Shown: positions 55,046 to 61,724 of the stretch, piece by piece | Position numbering within the stretch: position 1 is the stretch's first letter | How the letters are laid out: each line of letters begins with the position of its first letter | Assembly (NCBI GenBank): GCA_027318865.1 | Contig: DAHVOJ010000003.1 | Coordinates: 10,025-74,024, forward strand | Reading direction: 5' to 3' | Length of the DNA: 64,000 bases | From: a bacterium | GTDB taxonomy: Bacteria; SZUA-79; Acidulodesulfobacterales; Acidulodesulfobacteraceae | Made by a program: the position numbers and the translations under genes | Notes under the pieces: model-generated | Seen by the model: the letters and a program-made list of their open reading frames with translations, nothing else | Database searches by the model: none | What the model was told of the DNA's origin: nothing

Positions 55046-55074
55046 AATATATGTTATTTTAAAAGGTTTGTCAA
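55046..55074 (-). promoter_or_regulatory. Putative CRISPR leader promoter TTGACA-N17-TATATT
   Basis: On the minus strand, TTGACA is at 55069-55074 and TATATT at 55046-55051. The -10 ends 4 nt before the first repeat. Confidence 0.55.
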
Positions 55075-55156
55075 TTTTCTTTTAATTTTTAAAGAACGAT
55101 TTTATGACGCTTTCCGGTCGATATTTTCTATAAAGACCGGGGTTTACAAATTACCG

Positions 55157-58100
55157 TTATGAGTTCCCGCCCTGTGCGAATTGCAACCATTCATCGCCGG
55201 ACAACCGCAAATCGACTTTTCTTATATTTTCTGACTGTTTTATTCTGTTAAGCAGTATCAGTCCTTTACGAGCTATATTATAAGCTCCGTTTGCGGCAGC
55301 GTTTTCCGGTAAAGCTTTGTCGTTAGGCTTGCGGCTATCGTAAAATTTTCCTGACTTATCCATTGCTGGCGATATAATAAAATCGCCGTTACGCATTTGA
55401 ACGGTAAGCCTGAATAACGATAAAAGCCTTACAAAAAAATCTTTATCGTTTAGCGACAAAATAAATTCTTCTAAATCGCCTTTATAATCAACTGAGTAAT
55501 CAGAAAATAAATTTTTAAATTCTTTGGTTAGGTCTATTTTTCTAAATTTCGGCTGATTATTATCGTTAAACCTTTCGATTCTTTCGCCGTAAGTATAAAC
55601 CGTCCATTCAGTCCTTGCGCTCTGGATCTTGTCTTTATCCGTAAAATTATCATAATTAAACGTAAATTCAAATAAATTCGTTTTTTCGTTATAGGAGATA
55701 TTTTTAAACTTACCGAAAAAGTCTTTAGATTTATTCACGTTAAAATAACGGGTATCAAATAAATTAACAAAGCCCGTGACAGGGTCTATATCCGTTACTT
55801 TATATGGCGATACGTAAAATATCATTCCGCTTTCTTTTCCTATTCTTTCAAAACTTACGAATTTATTTGCGAGTTGCAAAGGTTTAAGCAGTCCGCCTAA
55901 TTCCTCCGGTTCTTTCTTTTTATCTGCGTAAAAATTAAGCTTATCTATAAGCATTTTCTCGAATTTCTGATAAACAGGTTTTTCTATCGCAGACCTCTCC
56001 CTGATAAAATCATAACTTAAATCTTCCATTGCGCATACTGCGTTATACCTTACCATTAAGGCTGCTATTTTCGATATTACATTACTTAAATAGCCTTCCT
56101 TTAATTCTTTAATATTGCCTATAACGCCCCAATTAACCCTTGCTCCATCCCTTTCTTCGCCTCTTTTTTCGAGTTTTTCCATATAGTTGATATTTTTTCC
56201 GTTATAGCCTTCTATCTCGTTCAAAGAATGTTGTTCTATGATATTACCCGCTGAATCCAAAACGGTAATATAAACTAAATGATTTTCCGCCCTGTGAACG
56301 CCTACGACGTTAATATCGTTAGATTTTATAAAATCCCTACATATATCGTTAATATTGCCGCGATCCGGAGCATTAGGATTTAATGTAATAGGAACGTTAA
56401 ATTGAAACTTATCGAAAGCAAACCTGCGGTCTTTAATTATTGCGTAATTGAATTTACCCTTTAGTTCTTCGGCATGATGTCCGTTTTTCATTATTTCTTC
56501 GGAGTAGTTTAAGGATTTTTTTCTGTAAAACATTTCCGCCCCGCCGTTAAGCTTATAAACGGTATCTTTGAGGTTGCGTTCGTCAAAAAGCATTTTAAAA
56601 TAAAGGGTGTGCAGATTAGGCGTTCCCTTGCTATAAACCGAAAAATCTTTATTATAAATCTTAAATAAATAAACTTTGCCGTCTTTTACGAGTTCGTTGA
56701 TATAGCTTGCTGTTATATCCCTAAAAGTTATGACGTAGCCTTGAGAATCGACGTCATCGTAAAATTCGTTTATTTTTTGGTATTCTTCAGTCGGTCTAAA
56801 ATTAAAATTATAACATGACCATTCGGGATTTTTAGAGATAGATTCTTTGTAAAAATCTATTAACGTATGTAAATCGCCAGTATTAAAATTATCGCCGGCT
56901 TTAAAAGTTCCGTCGTTATATATTCTTATTATTTCATCGGACGGTTCGTATTTAGATTTATTGCCTTCGGCGAAAAAAACTTTTGGCAGCATCATATACG
57001 ATTTCGGCAGTAATTTATATTCCATTTTTTTATATGCGTCTTCGCCGTATTCCGCCGAAATAGCGTTTTTAAAGATTTTATTATGTTCTTTATTTATAAT
57101 GCCGAGATAGTAATAATCGCCTTTACTGAACAATACGGAAGCGTTATCTATTTCTTTATTTACGTCCCATCCCGCTAAAAGCGTGCTGTTGCCGAAGTTT
57201 AGTTTTATTTTTTCTACCGAATACGGTTTTTTAGTGATAAAATTCCGGACTTCGTTATAAAGTTTTACCGCTCCGTCCATGCCGTCAAATATACGGTCGA
57301 AAGACTCGTAAAAAACAAGGTCTTTATCTAAGCCTTCAAAATCGAAAACCTTAAACGTTCTATGTAGAGCTATAATATTATCCATTAAGCCTTTTAAATC
57401 CGGAACGCTGTTTTGGTTATTAATCCATAATTCGTAAGACCGTCTTATATCTGCTACGGTATTTATTATTTTGTTATAGAAAAATTCAAACATAAAGTCT
57501 TTATCGGCGTTAGGTAACGTCGCCTGAACATTTGCAATACTAAAATAGGCTATTTTTAAAAATTCTTTTTCGGGATTTTTAGATTTAGGATTATTCGCAA
57601 TATAATTTTCTAATAAAACGTTCTTTAGAAAGTTAAAATCCTTAAACAATTCGTGGGATAAGTCCGTAAGAAACCTGCTTTTAATATAAATGCCGGTATA
57701 ATCGTAGCTTTTGCCGTCCGGCGCGAATATGTCGGCCGCGGATGCAAGAACGGATTTAATATTATTATAAAATTCGACTACGGCGTTATTCATCGAGTCT
57801 TTATTTTTAAATCCTTCAGTTATCCAAGCAGGAACATTCTTATCGCCCAAAATCTGCTTTTTAAGCTGTTTAAGCATGGGAACGGATTTGCCGTCTAATT
57901 TATTAGACTGACGGAATAAATTTACTTTTTCGTTAAATCCTTGTATTTTTTTGCCGTCTTCTAAGCTTTCTCCGCCTATCATTTTATTATAAAGGTCTAT
58001 GCCTGACTGAGTTAGGGTTTTAGAAAACCATTCGGTAGAAAACATATCCTCGACTTTTTCGCCATTTAATAAAGGCTCTACGGATTTTTTAATATCTTCT

Positions 58101-58699
58101 ATTAATTCGGGATAAGAATTTTTAATAGCGTTAAAATTTTTCTTATTTATGATGAATAAAGGCAGGTTCTCGTGTATTACCCTGTATGCGTGGCTTGCAT
58201 GCTTTTCCTCTGCGCTATAAATATTTTCTCTCGTTTTGTAATAATTTACAAAATAAGTCGTAAAAGTTTTAAATTTATTTATGAGATTTTTTTCTTCTTC
58301 TGTTTTCGCAAATTCAGGAAGTTCTTTGCGAATAAGGTCGGCAGATCCAAGCAGTTTAAATTTGGGATTTTTAGCCAAATAAGATACTACCTCCTTACGC
58401 AGTTTTGCCTTAATGTCGTTAAATTCTTTTTCGTCTTTTTCATTCCTCGGAAAGAGATTATATTTTTCCTCATAAATTAACAAATTTTCTAAACTTAATG
58501 AAACGCCGGCAAGGGATTCATTAATAAAATTTTTAAGCCAAGTGTCTGCAATTTTTTTAACTTTTTTAAAGTCTTCGGCAAGTTTCTCGTCTTCCGTTAA
58601 TATCCCCGCCTTTTCGATATTATTTAACGTGTCGCCTTGCGGAATAAGGCTAAAGCGTAAGGTTTTTGAAGTTGAAAATAAATTAGTAAATGATTTCAT
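55157..58699 (-). CDS. cas12a: Cas12a (Cpf1) orthologue, 1180 aa, with substituted RuvC-I and RuvC-III catalytic Asp residues
   Basis: N-terminus MKSFTNLFSTSKTLRFSLIPQG. Also GWDVNKE, MLPKVFF, LFKIYNKDFSVYSKGTPNLHTLYFKMLFDERNL, AVCAMEDL, EKPVYQKFEKMLIDKLNF, DPVTGFVN, VQMRN, ANGAYNIARKG. AGGAGA SD 5 nt upstream. Cas12a-type array 115 bp downstream. Confidence 0.93.
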   Translation of the reverse strand: MKSFTNLFSTSKTLRFSLIPQGDTLNNIEKAGILTEDEKLAEDFKKVKKIADTWLKNFINESLAGVSLSLENLLIYEEKYNLFPRNEKDEKEFNDIKAKLRKEVVSYLAKNPKFKLLGSADLIRKELPEFAKTEEEKNLINKFKTFTTYFVNYYKTRENIYSAEEKHASHAYRVIHENLPLFIINKKNFNAIKNSYPELIEDIKKSVEPLLNGEKVEDMFSTEWFSKTLTQSGIDLYNKMIGGESLEDGKKIQGFNEKVNLFRQSNKLDGKSVPMLKQLKKQILGDKNVPAWITEGFKNKDSMNNAVVEFYNNIKSVLASAADIFAPDGKSYDYTGIYIKSRFLTDLSHELFKDFNFLKNVLLENYIANNPKSKNPEKEFLKIAYFSIANVQATLPNADKDFMFEFFYNKIINTVADIRRSYELWINNQNSVPDLKGLMDNIIALHRTFKVFDFEGLDKDLVFYESFDRIFDGMDGAVKLYNEVRNFITKKPYSVEKIKLNFGNSTLLAGWDVNKEIDNASVLFSKGDYYYLGIINKEHNKIFKNAISAEYGEDAYKKMEYKLLPKSYMMLPKVFFAEGNKSKYEPSDEIIRIYNDGTFKAGDNFNTGDLHTLIDFYKESISKNPEWSCYNFNFRPTEEYQKINEFYDDVDSQGYVITFRDITASYINELVKDGKVYLFKIYNKDFSVYSKGTPNLHTLYFKMLFDERNLKDTVYKLNGGAEMFYRKKSLNYSEEIMKNGHHAEELKGKFNYAIIKDRRFAFDKFQFNVPITLNPNAPDRGNINDICRDFIKSNDINVVGVHRAENHLVYITVLDSAGNIIEQHSLNEIEGYNGKNINYMEKLEKRGEERDGARVNWGVIGNIKELKEGYLSNVISKIAALMVRYNAVCAMEDLSYDFIRERSAIEKPVYQKFEKMLIDKLNFYADKKKEPEELGGLLKPLQLANKFVSFERIGKESGMIFYVSPYKVTDIDPVTGFVNLFDTRYFNVNKSKDFFGKFKNISYNEKTNLFEFTFNYDNFTDKDKIQSARTEWTVYTYGERIERFNDNNQPKFRKIDLTKEFKNLFSDYSVDYKGDLEEFILSLNDKDFFVRLLSLFRLTVQMRNGDFIISPAMDKSGKFYDSRKPNDKALPENAAANGAYNIARKGLILLNRIKQSENIRKVDLRLSGDEWLQFAQGGNS

Positions 58700-58774
58700 A
58701 AAAGTCTCCTTTTTAACTACCCGCGCCTAAAGCCACAGGCTTCCTGTTTCATCGTATGTTTACTATATCCGATA

Positions 58775-59005
58775 TTATAGATTTTTATAGATGTATGTCG
58801 CAATGACGAATCCTAAAGATCCGAGCCAAGACAATACATAACCGCCTATAGCATTTAAAGTTATCAAAAGCCCGAATTTAGTCCCTTCAAAATGTTTCGG
58901 TGAAAAGCCGGAGTATTTCCCGCCTTGTATGAATAATTCAATGCTCATGAAGAAAAAAAGTATTACTGCCGCATAATAAGCGTAATTTTTAACCTTTTCA
59001 AACAT
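58775..59005 (-). CDS. Small two-TMS membrane protein
   Basis: 76 aa with two hydrophobic helices (YYAAVILFFFMSIELFI and GGYVLSWLGSLGFVIATYI). GGGGG SD. 75 bp upstream of cas12a on the same strand. Confidence 0.5.
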   Translation of the reverse strand: MFEKVKNYAYYAAVILFFFMSIELFIQGGKYSGFSPKHFEGTKFGLLITLNAIGGYVLSWLGSLGFVIATYIYKNL

Positions 59006-59062
59006 AAAACCCCCGTTATTTAATATTAATATTATAAATCTATATCATATCGATATATGATA

Positions 59063-59410
59063 TTAACATAGTTTTTCAAGCTCTTTTACCGCCTTTTGCA
59101 ACGTTTCAAGAACAGCTTCTTTCTTTGCTTCCAGTCCAACATCTTGACTGTGCTTTTTAAGCCTTTCTTCAAGCTCCGCCCTTGCGCCGGTTATCATTAT
59201 ATCGTTGATACTCTCCTTTTCATCAGCGTAGGCCTCTAAGTATTTTTTGAGTTCTATATACAGACTTTCCGGGATTCTTGCGACGAAAGATATTTTCTTT
59301 TCGGCTTTTTTTCTTCCAATCGGCTTTGCTGGCTCGGAAGTTCCCTGCCCCGCAGCTGCTTGATTGACCCACGTATCAGAATTATTTGGATTAGATTTTT
59401 TAATTGCCAT
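59063..59410 (-). CDS. Ribbon-helix-helix-like DNA-binding protein (ParG/CopG-like candidate)
   Basis: 115 aa. Disordered basic N-terminus, then KKISFVARIPESLYIELKKYLEAY, a beta-strand plus helix pattern typical of RHH proteins. Lies downstream of parA. Confidence 0.45.
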   Translation of the reverse strand: MAIKKSNPNNSDTWVNQAAAGQGTSEPAKPIGRKKAEKKISFVARIPESLYIELKKYLEAYADEKESINDIMITGARAELEERLKKHSQDVGLEAKKEAVLETLQKAVKELEKLC

Positions 59411-59475
59411 GTCAATTTCTCCTTTGTATAATATTAATATTAATATATGATACCGATATTATACAATATTTTAAA

Positions 59476-59706
59476 TTATTCGGCACTCTCTTTCTTTTTG
59501 GGAATAACGGTAATGTTCATTATGGGCTGAATAAAATTTTTTAAATTTTCGGCTGTTTCGTTAGATATGTTAAATTTACTGCCATCCAGCATGCAAAGAA
59601 TAAGAGAGTCTTCTTCGTCGTCATAATAAAAACACGATATAGCTTCTCTATTTATATATATTTCTTTATTTAGATCTATTTCTCTATTTTCGATTTTTAA
59701 AAACAT
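59476..59706 (-). CDS. Hypothetical protein
   Basis: 76-aa ORF between parA and the RHH gene. Confidence 0.35.
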   Translation of the reverse strand: MFLKIENREIDLNKEIYINREAISCFYYDDEEDSLILCMLDGSKFNISNETAENLKNFIQPIMNITVIPKKKESAE

Positions 59707-59734
59707 GATATAGTCTCCTTTTGTTAATGTTAAA

Positions 59735-60382
59735 TTATATTAGATTAATTATTTCGTTAAATAAGTCTTTCACTTCCGCCGTAGCCTTATTGTCCGTATT
59801 TAGTTCGCTTACGCCCAAGCCTTCGGATATAGACTTCCTATATACAGCGCGGTCCTTTAGATAGGAACCTAAAATCTTAACGTCCGGAAAGTCTTTGAGG
59901 AACTCAAGCATTTCGTCTTTTTCTTTGGACTTCCAGTTTGCCGTTATCTTGTTTAAGACGACGTATGCCTTTAGTTTTGAGTTAAAAGCCTGTGCTTCCT
60001 GATACAGCTTATATATCTTTTCGAAGCTCCATGCGTCTAACTGGCTCGTTATTAGCGGTATAATAAACTTATCCGATATCAGCATGGACTTACGCATTTC
60101 TATCGAGTCCCTGCCGCCCGTGTCTATCAGGACGATATCAAAACCGCTTTCTAAAGCTTTGACGTCTTTATCAAGAGCGCCGCCTGTTTTCTCTATGACG
60201 ATTATTTCCGGCAAACCCGCAGGATTTTCTCTGCGGGTATTAGAAAACATAGTCGTAGATTTTTGAATATCGGCGTCTATAAGAAGAACCTTTTTTCCGG
60301 ACCCGGCAAATTCTGTTGCAAGGTTAATCGCAATAGTAGATTTGCCAACGCCGCCTTTTTCGTTTCCGATAGTTATAATCAT
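59735..60382 (-). CDS. parA: ParA-family partition ATPase (small, plasmid type)
   Basis: Deviant Walker [29 protein letters not shown]. 215 aa. Confidence 0.88.
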   Translation of the reverse strand: MIITIGNEKGGVGKSTIAINLATEFAGSGKKVLLIDADIQKSTTMFSNTRRENPAGLPEIIVIEKTGGALDKDVKALESGFDIVLIDTGGRDSIEMRKSMLISDKFIIPLITSQLDAWSFEKIYKLYQEAQAFNSKLKAYVVLNKITANWKSKEKDEMLEFLKDFPDVKILGSYLKDRAVYRKSISEGLGVSELNTDNKATAEVKDLFNEIINLI

Positions 60383-60397
60383 TTTTATTCTCCGTCA

Positions 60398-60760
60398 CTA
60401 TACTAATATTTTAAAAATATTTTCGTCATCGTCATATTCATAATCCCGCGCTGGTGCATTATCAAATATTTTATCAACGATAAAATATTTACACTCCTCG
60501 AGATATTCTAAATATTGCGATTTTTTTGCTCTCGGTTCTCCAATATCTTCTTTCCATTCTTTAAACGATAAAATATCGCCATCTTGACCTTGCATAACAT
60601 AAAACCAAATTTCTTCGTCTTTATTTAACCTATGTTGTCCTTTATACAAAGTTTCCCAGACTCCAGATTTATATACTATGTATTCTCTTTCTAGATCTTT
60701 TTCTCTTGAAATTATTTCGTCCGCTATTTCTCTTGCAATTTCTGAAAGTTCTTTTTCCAT
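60398..60760 (-). CDS. Acidic hypothetical protein
   Basis: 120-aa ORF with AAGGAGA SD. First gene after a consensus promoter. Confidence 0.4.
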   Translation of the reverse strand: MEKELSEIAREIADEIISREKDLEREYIVYKSGVWETLYKGQHRLNKDEEIWFYVMQGQDGDILSFKEWKEDIGEPRAKKSQYLEYLEECKYFIVDKIFDNAPARDYEYDDDENIFKILV

Positions 60761-60808
60761 TTTAGTTTCTCCTTTTAATTAAAGTGATATTAATTTAATA
60801 TATCAATA

Positions 60809-60837
60809 TATATATCATAATATTATATCAATGTCAA
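60809..60837 (-). promoter_or_regulatory. Consensus-like promoter TTGACA-N17(TGA)-TATATA upstream of the 120-aa ORF/parA operon
   Basis: On the minus strand, TTGACA is at 60832-60837 and TATATA at 60809-60814. It lies in a 41-nt block (60801-60841) that is near-identical to 61654-61694. Confidence 0.6.
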
Positions 60838-60858
60838 TATCAATTTTATATATCGATA

Positions 60859-61116
60859 TTATATTAAGTTAGAACATTCGTTTGACATAACGTCACGAAG
60901 ACTTATTATTGCGGTATTAAGCATATTATCAACTGATACAATCATTACGTCTCTGCAGTTATCAAAGTCCTCGTCGCTTAAATCTTTATTTGTCAAATAC
61001 AATCCCTTCCCTATTTCTTTAATTTTACTAATCAGTTCCTCTTCATCCCCCCGTAAATTAATAGCTGTAGTTGGATTTAAAACTACCGTTACCGTAATTT
61101 CTTTTTTTGCATCCAT
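60859..61116 (-). CDS. Hypothetical protein
   Basis: 85-aa ORF with AAGGAGG SD. Confidence 0.4.
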   Translation of the reverse strand: MDAKKEITVTVVLNPTTAINLRGDEEELISKIKEIGKGLYLTNKDLSDEDFDNCRDVMIVSVDNMLNTAIISLRDVMSNECSNLI

Positions 61117-61258
61117 TTTTAAGCCTCCTTTGCTTTAAGTTATTATTAAATTTTTTGTTATTGTATATATAGCGAAGTTGCGTTTTAAATATCGCTTTTA
61201 TTTTTCTTGCCTATACATTTATCCCTTAAACCCTGCTTTCCCCGCCTTAAAACGCTTC

Positions 61259-61618
61259 CTACGAAGCCGTTTTTTTATTTTTTCCCCAAATACCTTTAGA
61301 AAACGCTTTTCTTTTAATTTCAAAGGCAAGATTTAAAAATTCGACGACTTCTTTTTTATTCCTGAATCTCTCCTTGGTTACCCCTGCCGGAATATATAAG
61401 TCGTAAAAAATCACCAGCAGGTTTTCCATGCTTTTTATAAAAATCTCCATAACAATAATATCATCCTGATTTTTGAATTCTGCTGTAAACTTATAAATCT
61501 TAAGAAAATTATATAGAAGTTCATAGATATTATTTTTTGCTTTTTTTAACCTGTATTTATATATTTGAAATCTAATATATAAACTTACATAGTCATAAGT
61601 CTTTTTAATTATGCCCAT
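61259..61618 (-). CDS. Hypothetical protein
   Basis: 119-aa ORF, predicted helical, first gene after the second consensus promoter. Confidence 0.4.
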   Translation of the reverse strand: MGIIKKTYDYVSLYIRFQIYKYRLKKAKNNIYELLYNFLKIYKFTAEFKNQDDIIVMEIFIKSMENLLVIFYDLYIPAGVTKERFRNKKEVVEFLNLAFEIKRKAFSKGIWGKNKKTAS

Positions 61619-61661
61619 TATTGCCGCTCCCTTATATTAATATTAATATCTTATATTGATA

Positions 61662-61690
61662 TATATATCACATTATAATATCGATGTCAA
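61662..61690 (-). promoter_or_regulatory. Consensus-like promoter TTGACA-N17(TGA)-TATATA downstream of the relaxase gene
   Basis: On the minus strand, TTGACA is at 61685-61690 and TATATA at 61662-61667. The 16-nt palindrome ATATTAATATTAATAT (61634-61649) follows. Confidence 0.6.
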
Positions 61691-61724
61691 TATCTAAATT
61701 AAATATTAATATCAAAATATTAAA

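Noticed and set aside
54926-55162. 78-aa plus-strand ORF with the internal repeat STTVEIVYNDS
   Set aside because: It is simply a translation of the CRISPR repeats and leader. The periodic peptide comes from the 36-nt repeat.
55157-58699. Possibility that the effector is a Cas12a2-type (RNA-triggered abortive infection) protein rather than Cas12a
   Set aside because: Collinearity with Cas12a continues through the RuvC-II, DPVTGFVN, QMRN (Nuc) and ANGAYNIARKG blocks. As far as I recall, Cas12a2 diverges from Cas12a in the C-terminal half and keeps an active RuvC.
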